NCBI RefSeq assembly: GCF_001194135.2
Contig: NC_068991.1
Span: forward strand, 52,407,294-52,471,293
Source of the DNA: Octopus bimaculoides
Lineage: Eukaryota
Direction: 5' to 3'
DNA length: 64,000 nt
In this document: positions 52,911 to 62,867 of the stretch, in pieces
Layout: each line of letters opens with the position of its first letter
Position numbering within the stretch: position 1 is the first letter of the stretch
Notes under the pieces: generated by a model
Database searches by the model: none
Seen by the model: the letters and a program-made list of their open reading frames with translations, nothing else
What the model was told of the DNA's origin: nothing
Position numbers and translations under genes: made by a program

Positions 52911-53489
52911 TTTAAGTATCTCTTATCTATCACCGCTGGTAAAGATTTGTGAAAATGTCCGCTACAATAAACTTGTAGTTATCTCCGAAAGCCATGTTAC
53001 ATTTGTAAGATGCCTTATTCAAAATATTTCCAATATTTTGTTTGTTTAGGATACAATTTTAGATATTTTCAGAAAAAGTTTGTCATTCTTTCAATTCTGA
53101 AAAAGCAATTTTCATTCTTTGCAACATAGTTGAAATATTTTTATTACACTGTGGAATTTCGTAAATGCTTTCGTAAACAGGCGCGCGCGCATGTGTGTAT
53201 GTGTGTGTGCATGCATGCGTATATACAGAAGGTATGATTTGTTTTATAAAGGAGGTGCCTCTCAAAAAATTAGAATATTGAAATTGAGATTTCCGTTGAT
53301 ATAATCTCAGTATTTTGTTAATGTAAGCTAATATTTATGGTGTCCACGCTGAGGTGGGCAACTGATTGGAACACTGCTGGGAGGGTTACCCGGGACGACC
53401 CGAGCAAATACGAACAAGTGGTGGCTATAGCAACGCACTGTAACAGTGCATGCCACCGTACCTGACCCGATCCAATCATTAAAAATTTC

Positions 53490-53745
53490 ATATCCCATAT
53501 TGTTAGAATGTTATAGCTAAGAACCGAAATAAAGCGTTGAGCTGGTAGAATCGTTAGCACGCTCAGTAAAATGCCTAGCGACATTTCGTCTGTCTTTATG
53601 CTTTGAGTTCAAATTCCGCTGGGATCAACCTTGCCTTTCATCCTTTCGGAGTCGATAAATTAAGTACCAGTTGAGCACCGGAGTCAATGTAATCGACTTA
53701 CCCCTCCCCCGAAATTGCTGACCTTGTGCCAAACTTTGAAACGAA
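53490..53745 (+). mobile_element. SINE family A
   Basis: Consensus from about 53535, with TTGTGCCAAACTTTGAAAC tail. Confidence 0.8.
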
Positions 53746-54024
53746 TATCTAAGAATCCAAAACGTACGCTGAAGCAAGTTGGTTAAAATTAGTACGGAAT
53801 GTAAGTCAGTGCTTGTTTGGAGTTCCATCGGCGGCGATGGTTATCTACATAAGTCATGGCAGAGAGCAAATCATTTATCATCATGTGACATGGTGATCGA
53901 AATTCAGATAGTTACGATAGCAGACTTCATCCGCGTTTGATTGTTAGCACGCAAGTTAGTCATCTTTTAAACTACACTCTCAGGTCATGTCAGTTATTAA
54001 GGAACCTCTTTGATAGAATGAAGT

Positions 54025-54330
54025 GGAGATGAGTGGCTTAGTGGTTAGGGTACTCGCTCACAACCGTAAGGTCGTGACTTCGATTCCCGGCGACGCGCTG
54101 TGTCCTTAAGCAAGGCGCTTTATTTCACGTTGCTCCAGTTACTTAGCTGACAGTAATGAGTAGTACCTGTATTTCAAAGGATCGGCCTAATCACATTGTG
54201 TCACGCTGAAACTCCTTGAGAACTACTTTAAGGGTACGCGTGTCTCTGGAGTTAATTTCTCGAGCAGACTGTTCCGTTGATCGGAGCAAATGGAACACGC
54301 GTCGTCGTAACCGACAGAATGCCAGTTTGA
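54025..54330 (+). mobile_element. SINE family C
   Basis: GAGTGGCTTAGTGGTTAGGGTACTCGCTCACAACCGTAAGGTCGTGACTTCGATTCCCGGCGACG head and full body. Confidence 0.85.
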
Positions 54331-54996
54331 TGGAATGATCTTCAAACGATGCCATGGTTGCTTTGGCACTGAAGTTTTACTCTTTTTTTATTTCTTGGAA
54401 TCCTAGAATTTATAAGGCCGGTTACCCAGTTTCAAAGATGTATAAGTAACCAAAATCACAACATTCTCCTGAACAGTGCGCCGACCTGTTGCAGGGTTCA
54501 ATGCTTGCAATTTTGAAGTGGTGAGGTACAAGTCGATTACATTGACTCCAGTACTTGACTGGTGCTTCATTTCATCGATCTTAAAGGGATAAAAGGCAAA
54601 ACCGACCTAACATAAAGAGCCGGAAGAAATGACACTAAACATTTCGTCCGACATTCTAACAATTCTACCAGCTTGGCACCTTTTAGAACTTACGCAGATG
54701 CTAAATTCTGCTAGAATAGAAATTCCACATCACCAAGTAGCTTGTTAGCTAACAAATACAAGAAGAGCCCTCCTATCCAACTCTCCTCCAAACTCTGAAC
54801 TTGGAACCAGTGGTTGTGAAGTGATCTTCTGAAACACACAGCCTTGCCTGAAAGGAATAAAAAGAATTATAAATTTATTTATTCCTAACTATTTTTGTAT
54901 TTGGTTTGAAAGATTCTTGATGTGAACCCGTATATTGAAACATCTTTTGTTGTATCTCGAGAGGTCGTAATAATGAAGACACTCACTGATAAAAAG

Positions 54997-55004
54997 AAAA
55001 AAAA
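54997..55004 (-). terminator. RNA polymerase III T-tract terminator downstream of the tRNA-like gene
   Basis: T8 on the minus strand, 5 nt after the discriminator base. Confidence 0.55.
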
Positions 55005-55009
55005 GGCTG

Positions 55010-55101
55010 CGCTCGCGAAGGGATTCGAACCCGTGACCCTCAGATCACTTTTGGAATGTGTTTTAGAAAGTCTGATGCTCTACCGACTGAGCTATGCAGG
55101 T
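55010..55101 (-). tRNA. Intron-containing tRNA-Lys(UUU)-derived gene, probably a pseudogene
   Basis: ACCTGCA TA GCTC AGTCGGTA GAGC A TCAGA CTTTCTA [AAACACATTCCAAAAGTG] A TCTGA GGGTC ACGGG TTCGAAT CCCTT CGCGAGC G. D arm and anticodon stem match eukaryotic tRNA-Lys(TTT); the acceptor stem has 3 mismatches; the anticodon loop has an extra C. Confidence 0.8.
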
Positions 55102-55430
55102 GACCACTAATTCAGGTGTTTATCATTGGAATAATGACCCTGTCGAAATAAAATGAATTTATTGTTCGCCGTTATCATTTCTATTATGTACTGTTATTAC
55201 GCCAGCAGTTTGTTTATACAGAGAAAGATCATAGAACTTATAATGGTGAGTACTATGTATGAGTCAATGAAGGAACCTCAATATAGTCGAAAAATATGCT
55301 AGAAATAGCTGCAAAATTCCCTCAAATACTTCCGACTATCTTAAGGAAAAAGCATTACCACATTCCATGATGTATTCCTTGATATCCAAGAATAATCATG
55401 GCTGAAAAGTCATAGATTGAAGCTCTGCTC

Positions 55431-55676
55431 TGGTGGATCTCAACCTGGGTCTATATAACACTTGGGGTTCCATATAAGATTTTATTGTTAAAATTTATGT
55501 CCCATAAGTTGATTATACTTCTACAACACACAAAGCATTTTTTAATCTCTTACAAAGTTCCTAATAATATATAATTTTTAAAAAATACAATAGGATTTTT
55601 TAAAGATGGAATAGCTGTGAGGATCCATCCGAGGAACCAAAGGGATCCATAGGTAAAATATGGTTGAGAAACACTG
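55431..55676. mobile_element. hAT-type MITE
   Basis: Ends TGGTGGATCTCAACC / GGTTGAGAAACACTG; 8-bp TSD CTCTGCTC / CTCTACTC. Confidence 0.75.
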
Positions 55677-56229
55677 CTCTACTCGATCAGGACTTACTTA
55701 GGGCTACATAACAAAATAGTCTATACCAACTGGTGATGGTACCATTTTTCACCTACAGTGAATTTAGATTATTACTATTATTTTTTGCACTGATTTTTTT
55801 TTTTCTTTTTAGTCTTTCTCTGTCATCTTGTTTCATTCACACACAACTTTATGATTGACAGTTTTGTCTACTTTGCCACATCTGATACTATCTGGCTGTC
55901 AGTTTTTGTTTTAACAAGTTTGTTCTTTCGCATCCATGGCTAGAGTTTCTGTTCCATCTTTCAATCAAATCCGTTGTTCTTCTGCTAAATGTCCTCACAC
56001 TCTCACAAGAGCCACCACCTAACACCTTTCTTTTCCTCCTTTATATTTTCTCTGTTGTTCTTATCTACTTCTATGTACTATTCATTCGCTCTTGATCTTT
56101 CTGGCTGTACATATATACAAGTTTCTTCTCTCTTTTCTTAACCTACTTCTCTAGTTCGACAAGTTTACTATGTCTATTTAAGTGAGTGACCCTCGGCCTC
56201 CTTCTATCCTCACTATGTATGTGTGTGTA

Positions 56230-56610
56230 TTTTACTTGTTTCAGTCATCAAACTGCGGCCATGCTGGGGCATAGCCTTCAAGAATTTTTAGTCGAATGAA
56301 TCGCTCCCCTCCTATCCCCAGTACTTATTTTCTTTTTTAACCTGGTGAGTACAATGCATGAGTCATTGAAGGAGCCTCCATATAATCGCTCTTTTGCCGA
56401 ACCGTTAAGTTACGGGACGTCAACACACCAACACTGGATGTCAAGCAATGGTGGAGGACAAACACAAACACATACATATTTATATGTGTATGCATGTGTA
56501 TGTCTGCATATGTGTGTGTGTAATATTCAGTGGACTTCTTTCAGTTTCCATCTACCAATTCCACTCACAAGGCTTTGGTCGGCCCGAGCCTATAGTAGAA
56601 GAAACTTGCC
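56230..56610 (-). mobile_element. SINE family B
   Basis: Tail at 56230, microsatellite slot at 56470-56520, head truncated. Confidence 0.85.
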
Positions 56611-56779
56611 TGTATGTTATATATTATCATTTTACCCAAGTTTAAATTCTACCGAGGTCATTTTTGCCTTTCACCTTTTTGGGTTCGATCAAATAAAATA
56701 CCATCTAAATAAACACTGGAGTCGATGGTACTGATTGGCCCCTCCCCTCAAAATGGCTGATCTTGTGCCTAAATCAGAA

Positions 56780-57000
56780 ATCATTCTATGAACTGGCAGA
56801 ATCATTAGAACGTTGGCAAACAGTACTTCACGGTGTTTTCTCTGGTTCTTTATATTCAGTGTTCAAATTCCGCCGAGGTCAACTTTGTGTTTCACCCTCC
56901 CGGGATTGAAGAAATAGAGTATCAGTCTAGTACCGAGGTCGATGTAATTGACTTATCCGCTTCTTCTAACATTGCTGGTCTTGTATCTAAATTCGAAATA
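56780..57000 (+). mobile_element. SINE family A, diverged
   Basis: GAACTGGCAGAATCATTAG...GTTCAAATTCCGCCGAGGTC. Confidence 0.78.
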
Positions 57001-57011
57001 ATAATAATTAT

Positions 57012-59320
57012 TATTCAGTGGTCTTATTTTTATCATGTGCTTTCATTGCACTACTGAGCGCAGCTATATGTGCCTTGGGTGTATGCTGTGGTTTGTTGTG
57101 ATGCTCTTATTTTTACTGCATTGAAAGTAGGATGTGTGCGGTACCTAGTAGTGCTATTTTATGTATGTTAATATATATATATATATANNNNNNNNNNNNN
57201 NNNNNNNNNNNNNNNNNNNNNNNNNNNNNNNNNNNNNNNNNNNNNNNNNNNNNNNNNNNNNNNNNNNNNNNNNNNNNNNNNNNNNNNNNNNNNNNNNNNN
57301 NNNNNNNNNNNNNNNNNNNNNNNNNNNNNNNNNNNNNNNNNNNNNNNNATATATACACTTGTTAGTCCTGGTGTTTTTGTTATGTATATGTCTGAATATT
57401 TTTTATCACACCTAATGCGCCTACTATGTTAGGAATTGTTTCTGTTTTTAGACTCCACATCCTAGTTACCTCTATTTCCAGATCTTTATATTTTGAAAGT
57501 TTCTCCGTTTCTTTTAGAGAAACATTTTCATTTGTTGGTATTGATACATCGATTAGAAAGCATTTTTTTTTCTTGATGATTTCTGACAACTACATCCGGC
57601 CTATTGGCCTTAATTTCTCTATCTGTGTGTATTGGCATAACCCAGAATATGGTTATTTGCTCATTTTCTGTGACCTTTTCTGGCGTGTGCCTATACCATC
57701 TTTTTTCTGTTGTTATTCCATATGGTTGGCATAGTTTCCAGCGTATATAGGTCCCAACTCTGTCGTGTCTGTGAATATATTTCTTCTTAGCCAGGACTGG
57801 GCAGCCAGAGACAATGATTTGTTTCTTCTCCATCTCCACATATTCTGCAGTTACTTGTATTTCTTTTCGTTACATGTTTTTGTTAATATCTGGTGGGAAA
57901 GTTTTGATCTTGTGCTGCAATTACAGATCATTCAGTTTCTGTTTTTAGTCCTGAGCTTTTCAACCATTGTTGGGATTTTGCTTTGTCTATTTCTTTTCTG
58001 TTTAGTTTAGCCCAGTATTTGCCATGAAGGGGCTTTTCTGACCATCATTTTATCATTATCCGTTGTTGTTCCAGTTTTAGTTTGGATTTCAGTTGTTTTA
58101 CAGCTTTCGTTGTTTCTTCTTTTTCTTCATAGTTGTTAGGTACTATGACATCTTTTTTTGTATTTGTCAGCTTCTTAAAGACCGAAAACAGTTTTTTGTT
58201 TTGTTCGTGTTTTATGGCTATTTGTTTTAGTTTTCTTTGCTTCTGAAGTAGGTATTTCTGTAGTCATATGGTGAGTATTTTGTAATAGCTTTCTAGCTGT
58301 ATAAGGCCTCTTCCACCTTTGATACGTTGTATATATAACCTTTTTATGTCAGATTTTAGGTGGCGCATCCTAAATCCTATCATTATTTTTCTTGTTTTCC
58401 TGTCTATTTTGATTAGTTCATTTAGAGTCCAGTTAAGAATATTGTAGCTGTAACTTATAACTGGGATGGCCAGAGTGTTGATACCTTTATCTTGTTTTTC
58501 ACATTGAGCTCTGTTTTCAGTATTAATCTAACTCGTCTATAGTATTCTTTTCTTATCTTCTCTTTCATTTGTGTGTGTTGTATCGTATCTAGTTCATTGA
58601 TTCCTAAGTATTCGTATGTCTGGCTTTGGTCTAATTCTTTTATTTCATTGGCTTTATCTAGTGTGATGTTGCTACTCTTAGCTAGTTTTCCTCTTTTCAA
58701 AATTGCTTTGACACATTTTTGTAAGTCAAATTTCATGCTTATTTCTTTGGTAAATCCAAGTACTGTCTGTAGTAATGCTTCCAGCTGTTTATCATTTGTA
58801 GCGTACAGTTTTAGATCATCCACATATAAGAGGTGGCTGATTGTTTTGCCGCAACAGTTGTATCCACATCCAGTTCTGTTTAGCATGTCAGATAAAGGTG
58901 TCAATGCCAAGCAGAAAAGGAGTGGAGAGAACGTGTCTCCCTGGAATATTCCCCTTCTTATGGGGATGGCTTTGGTTTTTATGATTACCGCTTTTATCTG
59001 GAGCTGTAGCTCTGTCTGCCATTTATTCATGAAATGTTTTATATATTTTACGATTATTGGTGCTACCTTGTTCATTGCTAGTCTTTCTAGGATCCATGTG
59101 TGAGGAATACTATCAAAAGCTTTTCGGTAATCGATCCGAGCCAGACTTAGACCCTTCTTCTTTCTGCGGCTGTCTTCAGTTATGGCTTTATTGATCAGTA
59201 ACTGATCTTTACAGCCGCATGAGCCCTTTCAGCATCCCTTCTGCTCTTCTGGAAACAGGTTCTTTTCATCCAGATTTTTATTCATTCTCTGTGATATTAT
59301 TGCAGTAAAGGCTTTGTAAA
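57012..59320 (-). mobile_element. 5'-truncated R4/Dong-clade non-LTR retrotransposon (RT, CCHC, restriction-like endonuclease), frameshifted
   Basis: EEQKGC, DYRKAFDSIPH, RRGIFQGDTFSPLLFCLAL, HLLYVDDLKLY, YEYLGI, IVSGCPVLA...RHD, ANRPDVV...LIDVS..., EKLSKYKDL, VGALG, KIALLGTAHIL; several frameshifts and a stop. Confidence 0.93.
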
Positions 59321-59326
59321 TTATTA

Positions 59327-59397
<71 letters not shown>
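59321..59397. repeat. (TAT)n / (AAT)n microsatellite at the LINE 5' junction
   Basis: Direct reading. Confidence 0.95.
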
Positions 59398-59400
59398 GGG

Positions 59401-59575
59401 AGGCGGCGAACTGGCAGAATCGCTAGCACGCCGGGCGAAATGCTTAGCGGTATTTCGTCTGTCGCTATGTTCTGAGTTCAATAAGTACCAGTTGATCACT
59501 TGGGTCGATGTAATTGATGCATCTCCTCCCCCACGGAAAAAAAATTGCTGCCCTTGTGACAAAATTTGAAACCAT
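59401..59575 (+). mobile_element. SINE family A with internal deletion
   Basis: Head and B box followed directly by ATAAGTACCAG (middle missing). Confidence 0.85.
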
Positions 59576-59604
59576 TATTAATTATCATTATTATTATTCA
59601 CTAT

Positions 59605-60856
59605 ACGATTCTTATGGAAGGGCCAAGTTTTGCTTGTCAGAAAATCCATCTGTTGTCAACACCCACTCCGTACTGGTCTTAGAATGCCATTCTTGGTGAT
59701 GCGGCGCGACGTGTTGAGGCTGAAGCACCTGCAAAAATATCTAAGTCACTGCGATAGTGTGAACGACGGCGACGAAAACAAGGATGAACTGATGTGGGCA
59801 TCCTTCGTGCGACACGTCTTACTGCAGCTCACTTCATTGACCGAACTGCAGGCATGGGTCAAACGTAGACCAAGATTGGACCTTTGGCATCTAAAGTATT
59901 GCCAGGCGTTCACTGCATTGTACCAGCAAGACAAGACCGTTAGCGGAAAAACAAACCTAGATTTCTATTGGGGACTAGTTGAGTGTGATTTAGGACTGAC
60001 AATTGAGCATCTACGAAAACAGTTTGAGTGGTCTCTCCCGGAGAACTTTCGGGTCGAAGATCGTGGACAATTTCCAAAAGTCTTTGGTATAGCAGCGCTA
60101 CATTGGAGCATTGCCAGTTCGAGACGATTTTTTCAGCTATGGAAGCGCCAACAGCCGAACTTGCTCGAGATGCATGCAGGGGGACGAAACCGTCCTGCAT
60201 GCAATCGTTCAATGTCAGTGCATTAGTGACTTGTGGGTTTTTGTTGAGCAGTTGCTGTCTTGTGTCAGATGAATCCAGCTGTCCGTCGAGCGTATAGTGA
60301 AGATCGACGCACCACCTTCCTTTTGGAGAGATGGAAGGCGGGTCTTTCTCTACTTAGTGACTGTGGCAAGAGAGAATGTGTGGTGGACCCGTTTGAAAGG
60401 TTTGAAGACGGGTATGTTCCTATCTGGCTAAGCCCTCACCAGTTTCTTCATATATCATTTGAAGAGGAAGGTGAAGATAAAAAGGGAGGTGCTGCCTTCT
60501 AGTGTGTTTATCAAAAGGTGAACGAGAGTGACAGGACTGGTGAGATTGAATGGATCTACTCTGAGTAGGAGGAGAGAAACTAGAACAGAGCACTTTTTCA
60601 TACCGTGGGGATGGCAGAGTAATCTGGGTCTCTTGCTTGGGAATTACCCGAATTATCCTATGTGGACTGCCCCGCTCTTGGGGATTCTATTTATTAATTA
60701 TTATTTCTCTAACTTCTATTTATATATCCTTTGTTATATCCCTAGATATTGTGTCTCCCTTTCATCGATGTAAATCTCACTTGTTTTTGTGTGTTGTATC
60801 TCGTCCTTTGATATTGTCCTCTATGCCTTAGGCCCTTGAGGCCAGTAAAAGAAATT
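59605..60856 (+). mobile_element. Tx1/L1-clade LINE 3' fragment (post-RT region, CCHC knuckle, 3' UTR)
   Basis: FLWKGQVLLVRKSICCQHPL.. then CSRCMQGDETVLHAIVQC (60162-60215) and VARECVWWTRLKG; stops and frameshifts present; UTR ends CCCTTGAGGCCAGTAAAAGAAATTA. Confidence 0.8.
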
Positions 60857-60885
60857 ATCATCATCATCATCATCATCATTATTAT

Positions 60886-61055
60886 TAAGGCGGCAAGCTG
60901 GCAGAATCGTTAGCACGCCGGGCGAAATGCTTAGCGACATTTCGTCCGTTTTTACGTCTTGAGTTCAAATTCCGCCGAGATCGACTTTGCCTTTTATCCT
61001 TTCGAGATCGATAAATTAAGTACCAGTTAAGTACTGGGATCGATGTATTTTACTT
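60886..61055 (+). mobile_element. SINE family A, 3'-truncated
   Basis: GGCGGCAAGCTGGCAGAATCGTTAGCACGCCGGGCG... Confidence 0.9.
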
Positions 61056-61443
61056 TCAGCCTTATCTTATCTTCTAATAGCTTCAAAATTCAACGTTAAT
61101 TATTCATATGTAGTTGTGTATGTATTTTTCTATTCATAATTTTTATGACTGTTTGTATCATTTTTAAAAATGAATTATTTTTAGTTATTGTTGTGTTTAG
61201 TAGTGAAGCTTTAAAAATATTCTCATTCCCTTTAATCTTCTTATATATACGTACGTACATTCATCCATGCATACATACATACATATGTGCGTACGTATGC
61301 ATGCATGTATGTATGCATGCATATATATATATGTGAGTATTGTAGTTCGCTTGAAGCATTGTGTATTGTTTGTAAAGGATAAAAGTTTAGAATGGTACAA
61401 GAAATGGACTATATACCTGTTGTAATTTGGTTATCAATAGTCC

Positions 61444-61479
61444 GATGATATTTCGGAATTACAATTCCTTCTTCAGATC
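61444..61479 (-). ncRNA. Minimal type I hammerhead ribozyme motif (antisense mirror copy)
   Basis: Exact reverse complement of 61507-61542. Confidence 0.6.
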
Positions 61480-61506
61480 TTCTTGGCTGGAGTCTCCAGC
61501 TAAAAA

Positions 61507-61542
61507 GATCTGAAGAAGGAATTGTAATTCCGAAATATCATC
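61507..61542 (+). ncRNA. Minimal type I hammerhead ribozyme motif
   Basis: GAT-CTGAAGA-A-GGAAT(TGTA)ATTCC-GAAA-TAT-C-ATC: intact CUGANGA and GAAA cores, 5-bp stem II with tetraloop, palindromic AUAU stem III, UC cleavage site at 61538-61539, 3-bp stem I. Confidence 0.65.
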
Positions 61543-61717
61543 GGACTATAGATAACCAAATTACAACGGGTATATAGTCCATTTCTTGTTTTATAGTGCA
61601 TTATTGTACCATTCTAAACTTTTATTCTTTACATACATATATGTGTTTGTGTGTGTGTGTGTTTTATATATGCCAAACTGAAGATGTCTTCTATTATTTA
61701 TTTCAGGCAGTTTCATA

Positions 61718-62237
61718 ATGATGGTGAGGCACCAATTGATGCTAGTTGTAGTTCTCTTCGTACTCCTCCATGGACAGGTGTTGGCCATCATCCTATCTAC
61801 TGACACCTTTTCGCATCACTTACCGCCGGCGTCGACATCACCGTTATCAACATCACCATTATCAGTGTCATCTTCATCATCTTCATCATCTTCATCATCG
61901 TCAACATCGTCCTCATCATCATCGTCGCCGTTGGTGTCATCATCATCATCATCAACATCATCATCGTCGTCGTCCTCATCCTCATCATCTGTAAAAGTGA
62001 CAACAAACAAAAGAGACAATTTTCCACAGACCCATGATGATTTGTTTAAAGCTTTTGAAGCGAATTTGCTTCAGATATTTGGACTTAAGAATCGACCCAA
62101 ACTGAATGAGAAAACATTTGTTCCCCAATACATGTGGGATTTATATGATAGCCATAAACAGAAGAGGGATCCTTCAGCCCCCACCAGTGGACGAGGTTAT
62201 TTACCAGCCAACACTGTTCGCAGTTTCTACCACATCG
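61718..62237 (+). CDS. BMP2/4 (dpp): Bone morphogenetic protein 2/4 (decapentaplegic), first coding exon: signal peptide and N-terminal prodomain; continues beyond the window
   Basis: Hydrophobic leader MMVRHQLMLVVVLFVLLHGQVLA; FEANLLQIFGLKNRP, FVPQYMWDLY and ANTVRSFYH match BMP2/BMP4/Dpp prodomain motifs. Acceptor TTATTTATTTCAG at 61705-06; donor G|GTAAAT at 62238, phase 1, the position of the BMP2/4 intron after SF.H. The ORF track runs on into the intron. Confidence 0.93.
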
Positions 62238-62289
62238 GTAAATCAGCAACTATTTTTTTCGTTAAATGTTTTCTTTATTATTTTTTTTT

Positions 62290-62690
62290 CTTCTCTTTTA
62301 CTTTTTACTTGTTTCACTCATTGGGGCACCGCCTTAAAGAATTGTAATCCAATGAATCGGCATCACTACTTTCATTTTTTTTTTATGCTTTATACATATT
62401 CTATTGGTCTTTTGCCGAACCGCTAAGTTACGGGGACGTAAATACACTAACACCGGTTGTCAAGCGGTGGTAGGGGACAAACACAGACACAAAGGTATAC
62501 ACACACACACACACACACACATACATATATACGACGGGTTTCTTTCATTTTCTGTTTACCAAATCTAGTCACAAGACTATCGTCGGCCCGAGGCTATAGG
62601 AGAATTCACTTGCCCAAGATGTCACACAGTGGAGCTAAACCAAGATCCATGTGGTTGGGAAGCAAGCTTCTTACCATACAGCAACATCTT
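62290..62690 (-). mobile_element. SINE family B in the BMP2/4 intron
   Basis: Tail TTTTACTTGTTTC at about 62300, CA tract at 62498-62530, head at 62620-62690. Confidence 0.85.
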
Positions 62691-62744
62691 CGTTGAATTT
62701 TTTTTTTAGTTTATATTTTGGCACATTTGACTTAAACTTCGAAT

Positions 62745-62867
62745 ATAAAATTTTTTCTGTTCTAGAAGATAAAATATACAAGTATACGAAGTTTGAAAGT
62801 GTTTCGGTAGAAAACACACTAAATAAAACATAAATAAAAAGTGACGCCCGCCAAATCAGAAAGATCC
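62745..62867 (+). mobile_element. Right end of the GGATC-TIR MITE family
   Basis: AAGTATACGAAGTTTGAAAG...AGTGACGCCCGCCAAATCAGAAAGATCC is the reverse complement of the 49211 left TIR. Confidence 0.8.

Larger units (their letters stand above)
61371..61633. mobile_element. Long palindrome (~110-bp arms), Penelope-like inverted remnant
   Basis: Arms 61371-61480 and 61506-61633 are near-perfect reverse complements (one ~16-nt insertion in the right arm); each carries a hammerhead core. Confidence 0.8.

Noticed and set aside
61797-62027. Asp-rich, Met-rich and His-rich ORFs overlapping the poly-Ser tract
   Set aside because: Alternate-frame shadows of the TCA/TCG repeat.
62155-62172. KQKR as a prodomain furin site
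   Set aside because: Lacks the P4 Arg of the R-X-X-R consensus; it cannot be supported from sequence alone.
62238-62347. C-terminal part of the 209-aa ORF (GKSATIFF...HRLKEL)
   Set aside because: Read-through past the GTAAAT donor into T-rich intron and a SINE-B tail; BMP similarity stops at SFYH.
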